This document shows, piece by piece, positions 29,383-40,144 of a DNA stretch of 64,000 nt (its first letter is position 1; each line of letters starts with the position of its first letter). Below the pieces are notes generated by a model. The model searched no databases and was not told the origin of the DNA. It was given only the letters and a program-made list of their open reading frames with translations. The stretch comes from Chryseobacterium gleum (GTDB taxonomy: Bacteria; Bacteroidota; Bacteroidia; Flavobacteriales_D; Sanyastnellaceae). The stretch spans positions 294-64,293 of the forward strand of contig CAMAYP010000002.1 in assembly GCA_945862415.1 (NCBI GenBank), given 5' to 3'. The translations under genes and the position numbers were made by a program.

Positions 29383-31056
29383 TCACTTCTTTACATCCAC
29401 CGGTGCGAGCAGTTGATTATAGTTGGAGGCAAAAACCTCCAATGATCTCACGATACACGGATCTTCGCGCAAGGCATTTTTGGATCGTCCTGTTTGGTAG
29501 AAGTAGCGACCCACAATTTCATTCTCCAGAAATTCTTTGATCTGTGGTTTAAACTTCATTAGATCACTTTCCTTCTTGGGTTCAATTTTCGCGAAAAGCT
29601 CCTCAAATTGTTTTTCCGATCCCTCAAAATACTTCTCTTCTTTCGCGGTCCTCTTTAGCTTTTCAAATACCTTCTCGGTATCTGTGTCGTAATGAAAATC
29701 TTTTCCGTTCGCAAACTCTATGAACTGGCCATACTCTGCGTCGGTTAGGCGAAAGGCATCAGCCGAATCGATTGTTGCGTGCGTGCGATGATATTCAGTT
29801 GCCCAATGAAAGATGACCCAATTTTCGAGGAGTGCTCGCACAATGTGTGATGCCTCATCGTCCTTCGCCTCGACATCCGGGCTAATGCCTCGACCATCGG
29901 TAACCGGGCGACCTCCAGTGGTCTTAAAACTGCGTATGAGTGAATCGGCCTTGACTGCAACTTCACCTGTGCTTTCGTCGCGGTGCGAATAGTCCAAGCG
30001 CTGTATGCACCGGCCACTGGGCGTATAATACTTGGCAACTGTGAGTTTGATTTTGGTGTTGTATGCCAGGTCCTTGGTTTGCTGCACCAAGCCCTTGCCG
30101 TAAGATTCCGAGCCAATAACCACCGCCCTGTCAAGGTCCTGTAAACTTCCGCTCACGATTTCAGAAGCCGAGGCAGATCCCCCATCAACCAACACAGCAA
30201 TCGGAATTTGTATGTCGATGGGTTCATTCATTGCGGTATACGTCTTATTCCACTCGTCAATTTTACCCTTGGTTTTGACGATCTCCGTGCCTTTGGGTAC
30301 AAACAGATTGACAATGGTGATGGCCTCTCGCAACAATCCACCGCCGTTTCCTCTTAAATCGAGGATGAGCTTATTCATGTTCCGTTTCTTCAGTGCGAGA
30401 AATGCCGTTTTCACCTCACTTCCCGCAGACTGAGTGAAGCCGGAAAGTTGAATATAACCGGTAGATGAATCGGCCAGCATGGCGAAGTAAGGAACGTCTT
30501 TGATTTTAATTTCCTCGCGTGTGATTTTGATTGCACGTGGTTGGGCCTCACCCGGACGCTGAATGGTGAGTTCAACCTCGCTGCCCGGTTGTCCGGTGAG
30601 TTGGTCAGTCACCTCATCGTGCCTTTTTCCTTCGACCGATTTGCCATTGATTTTAATAACCACATCACCTGCGAGTAATCCCGACTTCACGGCAGCATAG
30701 CCCTCGTAGGGTTCTGTAATGGTTATCTTCCCTTCAATGGTGTTGACCAGCGTGCCGATGCCACCGTACTGTCCAGTTTGCATGAACATCGCCTCTTCAA
30801 TTCTCGATTCGGGATAATACACCGTGTAGGGGTCGAGCGACTTCAGCATCGCATCGATGCCTGTTTTCATCAAGGCTCCCGGCTTGGTGCCATCCACATA
30901 ATAGATGTTGAGCTCCTTGTAAACCGATGTAAAAATTTCCATGTTTTTTGAAATTTCAAAAAACTCATCCGAAAACGTGGCCGAGAGCAAGCCTACAGAT
31001 ACGAGCAGCATGGCCAGCAAACGGCGCATGCGAGATTGAAAAAATCGTTTAATCAT
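29383..31056 (-). CDS. S41 family C-terminal processing peptidase
   Basis: There is a PDZ segment. Motifs seen: DLRGNGGGLL, GGSASASEIVSG (Ser nucleophile) and SYGKGLVQ (Lys). Confidence 0.85.
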   Translation of the reverse strand: MIKRFFQSRMRRLLAMLLVSVGLLSATFSDEFFEISKNMEIFTSVYKELNIYYVDGTKPGALMKTGIDAMLKSLDPYTVYYPESRIEEAMFMQTGQYGGIGTLVNTIEGKITITEPYEGYAAVKSGLLAGDVVIKINGKSVEGKRHDEVTDQLTGQPGSEVELTIQRPGEAQPRAIKITREEIKIKDVPYFAMLADSSTGYIQLSGFTQSAGSEVKTAFLALKKRNMNKLILDLRGNGGGLLREAITIVNLFVPKGTEIVKTKGKIDEWNKTYTAMNEPIDIQIPIAVLVDGGSASASEIVSGSLQDLDRAVVIGSESYGKGLVQQTKDLAYNTKIKLTVAKYYTPSGRCIQRLDYSHRDESTGEVAVKADSLIRSFKTTGGRPVTDGRGISPDVEAKDDEASHIVRALLENWVIFHWATEYHRTHATIDSADAFRLTDAEYGQFIEFANGKDFHYDTDTEKVFEKLKRTAKEEKYFEGSEKQFEELFAKIEPKKESDLMKFKPQIKEFLENEIVGRYFYQTGRSKNALREDPCIVRSLEVFASNYNQLLAPVDVKK

Positions 31057-31484
31057 TCGTGTGTTGTTGGATTCTTTTGCGCCTCGACTTGCGATATTTC
31101 ATTGCAAAACCGAAGAATCAGGTCGTTCATCTTGCCAAAAACGTATGGGTAGTTGGGAAGTTGTTTTCCGGTAAAAATAAAATGAAGAGCGTATTGTTGA
31201 TTGCGCTGCTTCAACGAAGTATAAACAAGGTGCTTTTGCTTTCTATAAGCCTCGCGAAACAAGCGCTTCACGCGGTTGCGATCATGTGCTCTCTTAAACA
31301 ATCGTTTGCTCGCACTAAACATAGCCTGAGCGGGAAAATCGACCGGTAACTCGTGCGGCAAGTACACCAAAATGATGGCGGGCGATTTAATGCTCCTTCC
31401 CTTTTCATGGAGCGCCTCAATGATTTTCCTTCGGGAAAGTCGTTCATCTTTACTCAGCGTATGTCGAATAGCTATATTCTGCAC
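31053..31484 (-). CDS. rnpA: Ribonuclease P protein component
   Basis: GTG start. Motifs seen: LSKDERLSRRKIIEAL and KRAHDRNRVKRLFREAYR (RNR motif). The stop shares an ATGA overlap with the S41 peptidase start. Confidence 0.8.
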   Translation of the reverse strand: MQNIAIRHTLSKDERLSRRKIIEALHEKGRSIKSPAIILVYLPHELPVDFPAQAMFSASKRLFKRAHDRNRVKRLFREAYRKQKHLVYTSLKQRNQQYALHFIFTGKQLPNYPYVFGKMNDLILRFCNEISQVEAQKNPTTHE

Positions 31485-31564
31485 CCCGCAAAGTTAAGGA
31501 GGGTGGCATTTGCCGAATCAGGTTCGTTCGCTTATTCTTGCATTGAACCAAAAGCCAATTCACC

Positions 31565-33964
31565 ATGCGCTTAATCCTAGCATTTATGTTGATGTTTCCT
31601 GCAGTATTGTGCGCGCAGCAATTTACGCTCGATGCTCAGCTATTCGATTCGCAAACCGGTGAAACACTCATGGGCACCGTAGTCAATAACATGGCAACCG
31701 GCAATGGCACAGTGAGCGACGTGTCGGGTCATTTCGAACTAGCAGTATCCGAAGGCGACACATTGGAATGCTCCATGCTGGGCTATAAGTTGTTTCGCTA
31801 CACCATACGACCAACCGACAGAGGAAGAGCAATTGCCCTGAAACTACAAAGCGCAGAAAACGAGTTCAATATTGTGGTCATATCAGCGGGTAAATTCGAA
31901 CAACAGGTAAGTGAAGTTACAGTGAGCATGGAAGTGCTCACGCCGCAGCTTCTTCACGACAAAAACGTGGTGTCGGGTGATGAGGCGTTGCAGCAAACAC
32001 CGGGCGTGAGCATTGTGGATAAGGAACCACAAATCAGAAGCGGCAGCGGTTATTCGTTTGGTGCCGGCAGCAGAGTGCAAATACTGGTAGACGACATGCC
32101 TTCGCTGAGTGGTGATGCCGGCAGGCCGTCTTGGGACTATTTGCCCATTGAAAATGTATCGCAAATTGAAGTCATAAAAGGTGCAAGCAGTGTGTTGTAT
32201 GGGAGTGCTGCATTGAGCGGCGTTATAAACCTTCGCACAGCTTCACCGGCCGACACAGCGCGCACGGTGGTAACGGCATACCAGGGCATTTACAGCACAC
32301 CACAGAACACGCGCTCCGTTTATTGGGACGGCAACCTACAGCGCAGCGGATTGAGTTTTCTGCACTTGCAAAAGTTCGGTCAGCTCGATGTAACGCTGGC
32401 TGCCAATTTGGTGGGTGACGACGGCCACCTTGGTCCCATTCGCGACAGTTTGGGCGCTTTCGAAAGCGGCTACAATCCATTCACTGCCGACCGTTACAAC
32501 GCCAACTCGCGTGCAAGGTTGAATGCCAACTTGCGCTATCGCTCGAAAAAATTTGTGGGGCTCAGTTTCGGATTGAATACCAACTGGAACACGAGCAACT
32601 CGCTTTCTACCTTGGTTTGGGAAAATGCCGACTCAGCATTGTATAGTGCATATGCCGGAAGCGCGACACGCACTGTGCAGTTGTTGGGTACCGTTGATCC
32701 ATACATCACCTATTTCACACCGGGCGGACAAAAGCACAGCTTGCGCACACGCTGGCAATCGCTCGATAACAACAACGATAATAATCAAGGCAACTTCAGC
32801 GACCAGTATTACGGAGAATATCAATATCAGCACAACTGGGAAAAAAACGGTATCTCTGAGTTTACCACCACACTTGGTGTTGTAAGCATGTACACCAAAG
32901 CGATCGGTCAATTGTTTACCGGCGGCAATGACGATGGAAGAAACACAGCAGAGAACTATGCGGCCTATTTTCAAGCCGACAAAAAGCTGTTCAACAGGCT
33001 AAACCTATCAGCCGGTGTTCGCTACGAATATTTCCGCATCAACACCACCAGTGATGAAAAGCCGGTATTTCGCGCAGGGGCCAACTACCAAGTAGGAAAA
33101 GCGACTTACCTGCGCGCGTCGTATGGACAAGGCTTTCGCTTTCCGAGCATAGCAGAAAAGTTCATTGTCACAAGCGTTGGGTCCATCAACATTTTCGCAA
33201 ACCCTTCCTTAGTTGCCGAAACCTCGGACAATGCTGAAATAGGGATCAAGCAAGGATTCAAGATTGGCAACTTCATGGGCTATGCCGACGTTGCTATTTT
33301 CCAGCAGAACTATGAGAACTTCATTGAGTTCACTTTTGGTCAATGGCGAAAACCCTTAAACATACCTGATTTACCGAATACTCTAGGTTTCAAAAGTTTG
33401 AATACCGGTAAGGCCCGAATACAGGGCATCGAGTTTTCAGTGATGGGTGGAGGAAATATAGGCCATCACGAGTTTCAGCTTCTTGCAGGTTATACGTACA
33501 CGAACCCCGTCACATTAACTCCGGAATACAATTACGGACTGGCCGACGAAGGTAGTAACCTAGTCACAGCGGCAAATTATTTAAGCACGAGCAGTGACAC
33601 TAGAAATGACATTCTTAAATATAGACTGCAGCATCTTGTGAGAGCTGATATTTTTTGGAAGCACAAGCAATACAGTCTTGGTGTTAGTGCACGATACAAT
33701 AGCTACATGCAAAACATTGATAATGCATTCTTGGAATTAGAAGAATTTCCAGAAGCAACTGGTTTCAATCCCGGAATAAGACAATGGCGTGCAGATCATA
33801 CGACCGGCGATTACGTTATTGATCTGCGCGTAGGGTACGAAATTGCAGGTCGCCACCGATTGGCCATCGTCATCAACAACTTACTGAATCGGGAATATGC
33901 CATACGACCGCTTGCCATCGAAGAGCCGCGCATGAGTATGCTTCAATACACGTTAACCTTGTAG
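31565..33964 (+). CDS. TonB-dependent receptor with an N-terminal carboxypeptidase-regulatory-like domain
   Basis: There is a signal peptide. Motifs seen: GTVVNNMATGNGTVSDVSGHFEL and the plug segment IEVIKGASSVLYGSAALSGVINL. A long beta-barrel follows. Confidence 0.85.
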   Translation: MRLILAFMLMFPAVLCAQQFTLDAQLFDSQTGETLMGTVVNNMATGNGTVSDVSGHFELAVSEGDTLECSMLGYKLFRYTIRPTDRGRAIALKLQSAENEFNIVVISAGKFEQQVSEVTVSMEVLTPQLLHDKNVVSGDEALQQTPGVSIVDKEPQIRSGSGYSFGAGSRVQILVDDMPSLSGDAGRPSWDYLPIENVSQIEVIKGASSVLYGSAALSGVINLRTASPADTARTVVTAYQGIYSTPQNTRSVYWDGNLQRSGLSFLHLQKFGQLDVTLAANLVGDDGHLGPIRDSLGAFESGYNPFTADRYNANSRARLNANLRYRSKKFVGLSFGLNTNWNTSNSLSTLVWENADSALYSAYAGSATRTVQLLGTVDPYITYFTPGGQKHSLRTRWQSLDNNNDNNQGNFSDQYYGEYQYQHNWEKNGISEFTTTLGVVSMYTKAIGQLFTGGNDDGRNTAENYAAYFQADKKLFNRLNLSAGVRYEYFRINTTSDEKPVFRAGANYQVGKATYLRASYGQGFRFPSIAEKFIVTSVGSINIFANPSLVAETSDNAEIGIKQGFKIGNFMGYADVAIFQQNYENFIEFTFGQWRKPLNIPDLPNTLGFKSLNTGKARIQGIEFSVMGGGNIGHHEFQLLAGYTYTNPVTLTPEYNYGLADEGSNLVTAANYLSTSSDTRNDILKYRLQHLVRADIFWKHKQYSLGVSARYNSYMQNIDNAFLELEEFPEATGFNPGIRQWRADHTTGDYVIDLRVGYEIAGRHRLAIVINNLLNREYAIRPLAIEEPRMSMLQYTLTL

Positions 33965-33973
33965 TATTGCATC

Positions 33974-34714
33974 ATGAGAGTTGTTGCCATCATACCAGCC
34001 CGCTACGCAAGCACTCGATTTCCGGGCAAACCACTCGTCGACATTGGCGGAAAAAGCATGATTCAACGTGTGATTGAACGCGTTCAACTATGTGCATCTA
34101 TCTCGGAGGTACTCGTGGCAACCGACGATGAACGCATATCTAAGCATGTGGAAACCCTGGGAGTGAAATGCATAATGACGCGCGCTGATCATCCGAGCGG
34201 CACCGACCGATGCCTCGAGGCGCTGGAGCTTTCGGGTATCGCAGCAGAAGGCATCATCAACGTGCAAGGTGACGAGCCCTTCGTGGATCCTTCTCAACTC
34301 GAACAACTAACGCGATTGATATCGGATCCGGATGTTTCCATCGCCACGTTGGCAAAAGAGATTACCGATTCTTCGGCACTGTTCGATCCTTCGAAAGTAA
34401 AAGTGGTATTCAACGCGCACGGCAGGGCACTTTATTTCAGCCGACAAGCCATTCCCTTCCAACGCGACAGGAAACCGGAAGAATGGATCAGCCATCACTC
34501 GTATTACAAGCATATTGGACTGTATGCATATAAGGCGGATGCGCTTCGGGCAATTTGCAACTTGCAACCTTCGTCATTGGAGAAGGCGGAGTCACTCGAA
34601 CAACTGCGTTGGTTAGAAAATGGCTATTCCATTGCTGTTGCAGTGACGGAAATTGAAACGCCTTCGGTAGATACGCCTGCAGACCTGCAAGCAATCCTCA
34701 ATAACTTATCTTGA
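33974..34714 (+). CDS. kdsB: 3-deoxy-manno-octulosonate cytidylyltransferase
   Basis: Motifs seen: VVAIIPARYASTRFPGKPL, NVQGDEPF and IGLYAY. Confidence 0.9.
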   Translation: MRVVAIIPARYASTRFPGKPLVDIGGKSMIQRVIERVQLCASISEVLVATDDERISKHVETLGVKCIMTRADHPSGTDRCLEALELSGIAAEGIINVQGDEPFVDPSQLEQLTRLISDPDVSIATLAKEITDSSALFDPSKVKVVFNAHGRALYFSRQAIPFQRDRKPEEWISHHSYYKHIGLYAYKADALRAICNLQPSSLEKAESLEQLRWLENGYSIAVAVTEIETPSVDTPADLQAILNNLS

Positions 34715-35794
34715 GGTCTTTCCGACCAATCGCTTAAGATTCTCAATGTGTGTTTCCATGCGAAAGGATGCTTGCATTTTTTCCTTTCCTTTTTTACCCA
34801 TTTCAATTCCCTCGGCAGGATTCGTTAATAGACGAATGATATTTTCTGCCATAGTATCGGCATCGAACTCCGGTGACAACAAGCCTGTAACTCCATCCTC
34901 GACTGCCTCAGGAATGCCACTATGCATAGTAGAAACGATGGGCATTCCCATGGCTGAAGCCTCCATGATTGCTACAGGCAAACCTTCGGAATCACCATCG
35001 GGCCCCACCACAGAATGCTGAACAAAGATTGATGCGCGCTGCATAGACTCGCGTTGTTGCTCCGGATTCAAGCGACCGGTAAATTCGATCGATTCTGCAA
35101 TACCCAGCATACCGGCCATTTCCTTGCAAGCAAAGAACAACGGGCCATCGCCTATCATGATCAATTTTGCAGAAGGCACTTGAGCGAGCACGCGCTGAAA
35201 AGCAAGCAGCACAGCAAAAGGAGCCTTCTTGTTTACAAAACGACCGACTGCTATCAGAGTATTTGAATTGGGATTACACTCAAGCTGAAAAAAAGCATCA
35301 TTGGGTGGTACCGGGTTAATTACAATTTTCTCCTCCTTGCATCCCATCGCAATTAATTCGCGCTTGATAGAGTTGGATTGAGCGCAGACGAATGCAGCAT
35401 AGTTGAACACTTTTTTATACGCCACGGCATGCTTCGAAACCACATCGCGATTGAACGCATCGTATCCGTAAAAATTGACAATCAGTGGAGTGTTCAGGTC
35501 TTGTACAACATCAATAATAGCGGCTGCTGACACTCCGTATTCCGCAATGAAAACAGAGGGTCTTACTTGAAGAAGACTTGCGCGGAAGGCTTCCAACGGA
35601 TCAATTCCTTTCCCTGCAATCCTTCGTTTAATTGCCGAGAACAAAGTGTCCTTTTGCAACGGGTTTCCGTTGATTGATTTTGGATAAGGACTTCCCGAAA
35701 AAACACAGGCCGGTTTCAATTGCTCGAGATGAGCCTTGGTAAAGGTTTCAATGAAACCGTTATCGCAATAGATAGCCAATTTGCCTTTCATCAT
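34706..35794 (-). CDS. GT4 (GT-B fold) glycosyltransferase
   Basis: The E-x7-E region reads SEGLPVAIMEASAMGMPIVST. Its GC is like the flanking chromosome. It overlaps kdsB convergently by 9 nt. Confidence 0.75.
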   Translation of the reverse strand: MMKGKLAIYCDNGFIETFTKAHLEQLKPACVFSGSPYPKSINGNPLQKDTLFSAIKRRIAGKGIDPLEAFRASLLQVRPSVFIAEYGVSAAAIIDVVQDLNTPLIVNFYGYDAFNRDVVSKHAVAYKKVFNYAAFVCAQSNSIKRELIAMGCKEEKIVINPVPPNDAFFQLECNPNSNTLIAVGRFVNKKAPFAVLLAFQRVLAQVPSAKLIMIGDGPLFFACKEMAGMLGIAESIEFTGRLNPEQQRESMQRASIFVQHSVVGPDGDSEGLPVAIMEASAMGMPIVSTMHSGIPEAVEDGVTGLLSPEFDADTMAENIIRLLTNPAEGIEMGKKGKEKMQASFRMETHIENLKRLVGKTSR

Positions 35795-36474
35795 GCTAAA
35801 TACCTTGCGATAAGTCGACTCAAATAATCATCGGAGAAACGAATTTCATTTCGTTCATAAATACGAATAATCTCTGCTAAATCAGGGGTAAAGCATGAGC
35901 CCTTTTCTAACGCCCGATAGACTGCCTTCTTACCCAAGGCGTTCTCAATTTGTTTTACAATATCGATAACGTGGTAACTGATTGGGTTTGCCACTGTGAT
36001 TGTTCGTCCAAAGAAGTTCTCCTCTATCATAACAGCGGTAATCTGAACAAGATCCTCAATATCGATAAAATTCCGACAAGCTGAGGTCCATAAATCGAAA
36101 CATATATCGTTTTGAATACAGGATTTGAAATAATTGAAAATGGTTGCGGGATTTCCGGATTTACCTACAACATTGGTAACCCGTAATACGAGGTAATCCT
36201 TCGCCTGTGTTCGTAAAAACGACTCACAATTTAGTTTGTGCTTTACATACAATTCAGACGCAAGCTCAGGGTCCAAAACACTTACGGTACTGAAATAAAT
36301 AATCTTTTTATCCGGATTATTTAGAATGGTCGCCTGGAGCAAATCCAATTCTCGTTGAAAGGCCTCAGGTCTATTCTCCTTCGAATTAGAAACACCGGAA
36401 GCAAATAGCAATGTATCGTCTTCAAATGGATAAGACGAAAAAGCACTTGCAATGAGACCGGATCCAACTATCAT
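35791..36474 (-). CDS. Short NAD(P)-binding Rossmann-fold (epimerase/dehydratase-like) protein
   Basis: The N-terminus MIVGSGLIASAF is a glycine-rich turn. At 227 aa it is shorter than typical SDR epimerases. It shares 4-nt overlaps with both neighbours. Confidence 0.4.
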   Translation of the reverse strand: MIVGSGLIASAFSSYPFEDDTLLFASGVSNSKENRPEAFQRELDLLQATILNNPDKKIIYFSTVSVLDPELASELYVKHKLNCESFLRTQAKDYLVLRVTNVVGKSGNPATIFNYFKSCIQNDICFDLWTSACRNFIDIEDLVQITAVMIEENFFGRTITVANPISYHVIDIVKQIENALGKKAVYRALEKGSCFTPDLAEIIRIYERNEIRFSDDYLSRLIARYLA

Positions 36475-37418
36475 TTCAAAACCTTAAGATTCCGCAAAAA
36501 ATCTAGTGCGAATGTAATTCGAGAAAACCCGTTAACGCGCAGTTTCCAAAGATCCCGCTTGAAAAGGTGTCGTGGAGAAAACAATACGTAGGTTCTTCTG
36601 TTGAGCGCAAGAATTTCCGTCGATTGATCGCATTTTGGAAACTCCTTAAAAATTTCACTTCGAATAATTTTCTCCTCATGAATTCTGCGCAGTTGTTTCT
36701 CGCGTGAATAATGTATGCGAGTTGTGGCACCATGCGTGCGAAAATAATTCAGTGGCTCAGCCACGAAACCAACATTGGTTTGTTTAGCCAATCGAATCCA
36801 AAACAACCAATCAGATGCCATCTTCAAGGAAAGCAAGGAACGACAGAATGTACTTTGTGAAATCAGCGATCTTTTAAACAATACGGCACTCGCGTTTGGA
36901 ATCACATTCTTGCGTTTCAGGGCCGTCGTAATAAACTCTTGGCCCGTCATCACAAAATCGGAGGCCCAATGATTGGGCAGAAAATCCGAAGTATAGGTAA
37001 GTCTTGTGTCGATTACCGAACCCGACACATCGGTATCAAAAGACTGGCAATACAGCACTCCGCAGTCGGTATTTCGATTTGCGAACTGTAGCATTACTTC
37101 CAAAAAACGAACATCCGCGAAGTCATCACTTTCAGCTATCCAAATCCACTTACCCGTTGCTAATTCAAGTCCCTTTTTCCATTGCTTAACGGTGCTACCA
37201 GAGTTTTGTTCGTTTACTATAAAATGAGAAACCTGTGGGTGTTGCTTCCAACGCTCCAATGTCTTGCGGCTAGCATCTGTAGAGCTATCATCGAGAACTA
37301 TCAATTCGAAATTTTGGTAGGACTGATTGAGAATGGACTCAACTCTAGCCTCCAAAAAGGAATTATGATTATAATTCGGTAGAATTATAGATACTATAAT
37401 ATGGCCGTTACTGTTCAT
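36471..37418 (-). CDS. Family 2 glycosyltransferase
   Basis: Motif seen: VSIILPNYNHNSFLEARVESILNQSYQNFELIVLDDSSTD. Confidence 0.8.
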   Translation of the reverse strand: MNSNGHIIVSIILPNYNHNSFLEARVESILNQSYQNFELIVLDDSSTDASRKTLERWKQHPQVSHFIVNEQNSGSTVKQWKKGLELATGKWIWIAESDDFADVRFLEVMLQFANRNTDCGVLYCQSFDTDVSGSVIDTRLTYTSDFLPNHWASDFVMTGQEFITTALKRKNVIPNASAVLFKRSLISQSTFCRSLLSLKMASDWLFWIRLAKQTNVGFVAEPLNYFRTHGATTRIHYSREKQLRRIHEEKIIRSEIFKEFPKCDQSTEILALNRRTYVLFSPRHLFKRDLWKLRVNGFSRITFALDFLRNLKVLK

Positions 37419-37588
37419 GTGCTAGGTTCAAATGATTCCATCAAGAGCATACAATTGAACTATTGCAACCAATGAGATATACTCTTTTTTGAGAAAGCGA
37501 GAATTCATATTTTCTTCTTAACCAATTGTTTCCTCCGCATTTTTATGACCGATTGCAAAAAAACGCCCGACGTAATTCATAGAAATCC

Positions 37589-38716
37589 TCAACAAATTTC
37601 TTTTAAAAAATTCAAAAAGGGCGGCATTATTTCATCCTCATCATACATTTTTGCTGTGTTGTAAGCTCTGCCACCCGCTTCTACAAGACGATCCTCATTC
37701 CTAAAAAGCTCAACCAGTTGCTCACTCATAGAAAGCACATCGAGATAGTCCGAGACGAAATTCGAAGCAGATCTCACCACTCTTTCCACTTCATGTGAAT
37801 TTTTAAAACAGAAAAGCGCCTTTCCTAAGCAAGCAGCTTCAATTAACGCCAAACCAAAACTTTCCTCTTTAGATGTGGACACAAAAACACTGAAAGAATT
37901 ATATACAGGGTAGGGATTGGATAATTCCCCGGTAAAGTATACCTTTTCGCTCAGGCTCGCTTTCTGAATATCATGCTCGATGATAATTCTATCTCTACCA
38001 TTAAGAGCCCCAACCCACACATATTTAAAGTTGTTTTCAGGAAAAATTCGATCAATAGTTTTCGCCAAAATAATAAATGCTTGAACGCCTTTTCGTTCAA
38101 GAACAGTGCCTGCGCTTCCAATAACGAATTCATTTTCAATCGGGAAACTATCCAGTGCATTCGAGCGCTCCTGAGATCTACTAACTATTTCTCGCACATT
38201 GATTGTCGGGTAGAAAACGGAGATTAAGTTCTCATCTACTCCATAATCAAGGAGGAAAGATTTTGTAGATTCCGAGTTCGCAACAACATAATCAATGTGG
38301 GAAACAGCTTTTAGGTTTCCTATTCCAATTGTTTTAGCGGCAAGCTCTAACTCGTGCAGATGCCAGAGTTTTTTTACTTGCAATACGGCCATAGCTCGAA
38401 TCAAATCGGAAACAGCAATTGTATTGTAATAAATTAGATCAAACCCTTCTTTCTGAACCCGCTCAATGAGGCGTTGATGTGGCGTTTTTCGTTTAGTCAA
38501 CACACGAAGAAATCGATCAAAAAAACTCACCTTCTCATTTGCATCCCACGAAACAATGGTGCCATAATTCAATACATCTTGCTGAAGGGGGCCGCTTTCC
38601 TTAAATAAGAAAAACATATCAGCATCCGAATTACGCTTTAACCAAGCGATAATTCGAAACAGGGCCAAACTAGCCCCTGTTAATCTTGCCTCATGAAATA
38701 CAAATAGAATTTTCAT
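37589..38716 (-). CDS. GT4 (GT-B fold) glycosyltransferase
   Basis: I used the ATG at 38716 because the ORF-track start at 38722 is a TTG. The E-x7-E region reads EESFGLALIEAACLGKALF. Confidence 0.7.
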   Translation of the reverse strand: MKILFVFHEARLTGASLALFRIIAWLKRNSDADMFFLFKESGPLQQDVLNYGTIVSWDANEKVSFFDRFLRVLTKRKTPHQRLIERVQKEGFDLIYYNTIAVSDLIRAMAVLQVKKLWHLHELELAAKTIGIGNLKAVSHIDYVVANSESTKSFLLDYGVDENLISVFYPTINVREIVSRSQERSNALDSFPIENEFVIGSAGTVLERKGVQAFIILAKTIDRIFPENNFKYVWVGALNGRDRIIIEHDIQKASLSEKVYFTGELSNPYPVYNSFSVFVSTSKEESFGLALIEAACLGKALFCFKNSHEVERVVRSASNFVSDYLDVLSMSEQLVELFRNEDRLVEAGGRAYNTAKMYDEDEIMPPFLNFLKEIC

Positions 38717-38718
38717 GG

Positions 38719-39387
38719 TCAATCGACAGTCGGCAAATCACTAATTTCCCATAACATCAGACTCTTGTCTGCATATCTGCCTTCGTTTTCCGTGCATCCC
38801 TCGGTAATAACTTCAATGGGCTGAGGAAAATTAAATGGGGGCAATGTCAAATTGAGTGGTCTCCAAATTCCCGTCAAGTCCGGGTTTGACTTTACATTAG
38901 GAAATGAAGTCGTTAGAAGATACTTTACATTACTCCTTTTGAGATTATCGACAGAAGCCAGAACATTGGCATTACTCAAATGAACCCAGCAATCCCTGAT
39001 CATGATGAGTTCACCGTCCGGCAGTAAGTCGTTCACAATGTTCTTACAAACGAACCTCCTTGAATCATTTCCATATTGCTTGTTGTTATTCGCAACCAAT
39101 TCATCTACGATATCAAGGCCTACATAGTTTATGCCTGATAAATCGACGTGTTGCATCCAAAAAAAATCACCGCACGGCGCGTCAAGAAAAGTCTTCACAT
39201 TCAACTTATTCAACAACTTGGGTATTTCAACACTTATAATTCTCGTTTGAAACATGTCTGACCCTTGACCCGATATTGAGTCTACACCATTGAACAAGTT
39301 TTTTTCATAAATTTCCGTAAACCTGTTCTTCAGATTTACCTTCTTTCCAAAGACTCCGGACCAGAGCGCGAGCAGTTTCTTCTTCAT
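38719..39387 (-). CDS. Class I SAM-dependent methyltransferase
   Basis: SAM motif I reads FLDAPCGDFFWM. The start at 39387 (MKKKLL) avoids an overlap with the upstream gene; 39420 remains possible. Confidence 0.6.
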   Translation of the reverse strand: MKKKLLALWSGVFGKKVNLKNRFTEIYEKNLFNGVDSISGQGSDMFQTRIISVEIPKLLNKLNVKTFLDAPCGDFFWMQHVDLSGINYVGLDIVDELVANNNKQYGNDSRRFVCKNIVNDLLPDGELIMIRDCWVHLSNANVLASVDNLKRSNVKYLLTTSFPNVKSNPDLTGIWRPLNLTLPPFNFPQPIEVITEGCTENEGRYADKSLMLWEISDLPTVD

Positions 39388-39394
39388 AATCGAA

Positions 39395-40138
39395 TTAAAT
39401 TTTAAATAGGTTGCGGGCAAACCAATTTTTTGTTGGAACTAATATATTTTCTTTGTGTATCAAATCATGTACAGCAAGATTCCTGTGCACTTTCTCAATT
39501 TCCAAATTTAGCAACTCCCTGTTCCGGGCATCTCGGCTTATTCCTCCGTCCTCGATCTCAGCTAATGCAAAATCAAATCTGCTTATCGAAACATTATTAC
39601 TTATGATAGCCAGAATAAAAAACTCCCAGTCAGAAACAACTCTATTGGATTCATTGTACAAACCATAGCGCTGAAATAACTCTCTTTTTATAAACGTCGA
39701 TGGATGAAATAAGGAGGAATTCATAAAATATTTCATGGATAGAATGGCAGGAATTTTTACACTTGTTACACTTCCATCGGAAAGCCGAACCTGGCCATTT
39801 CCATAAACAATATCTTCATCGGCCACATACTTCAAGGCTTTGCTTAGAATATTCTGATCAATAAAAGAATCACCTGAATTCAAAAACAGGAGGTATTTTC
39901 CATTCGACTTCATAATACCTTTATTCATGGCATTGTAGATACCTTCATCCTTCTCGCTTACCCAATATGTGATTTTATCTTGCGTCGACTCAATGAGCTC
40001 TTTGCTTCCATCGGTACTCCCACCATCGATAACAACATACTCAAATCCTTGACAGTTTTGGCAGACGACGCTATCTATGGTTTTCCTCAAACCATTGATG
40101 TTGTTATAATTGATTGTTATTACTGTCAATTTCATCAT
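39395..40138 (-). CDS. Family 2 glycosyltransferase
   Basis: Motif seen: LTVITINYNNINGLRKTIDSVVCQNCQGFEYVVIDGGSTDGS. Confidence 0.8.
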   Translation of the reverse strand: MMKLTVITINYNNINGLRKTIDSVVCQNCQGFEYVVIDGGSTDGSKELIESTQDKITYWVSEKDEGIYNAMNKGIMKSNGKYLLFLNSGDSFIDQNILSKALKYVADEDIVYGNGQVRLSDGSVTSVKIPAILSMKYFMNSSLFHPSTFIKRELFQRYGLYNESNRVVSDWEFFILAIISNNVSISRFDFALAEIEDGGISRDARNRELLNLEIEKVHRNLAVHDLIHKENILVPTKNWFARNLFKI

Positions 40139-40144
40139 AGCATA

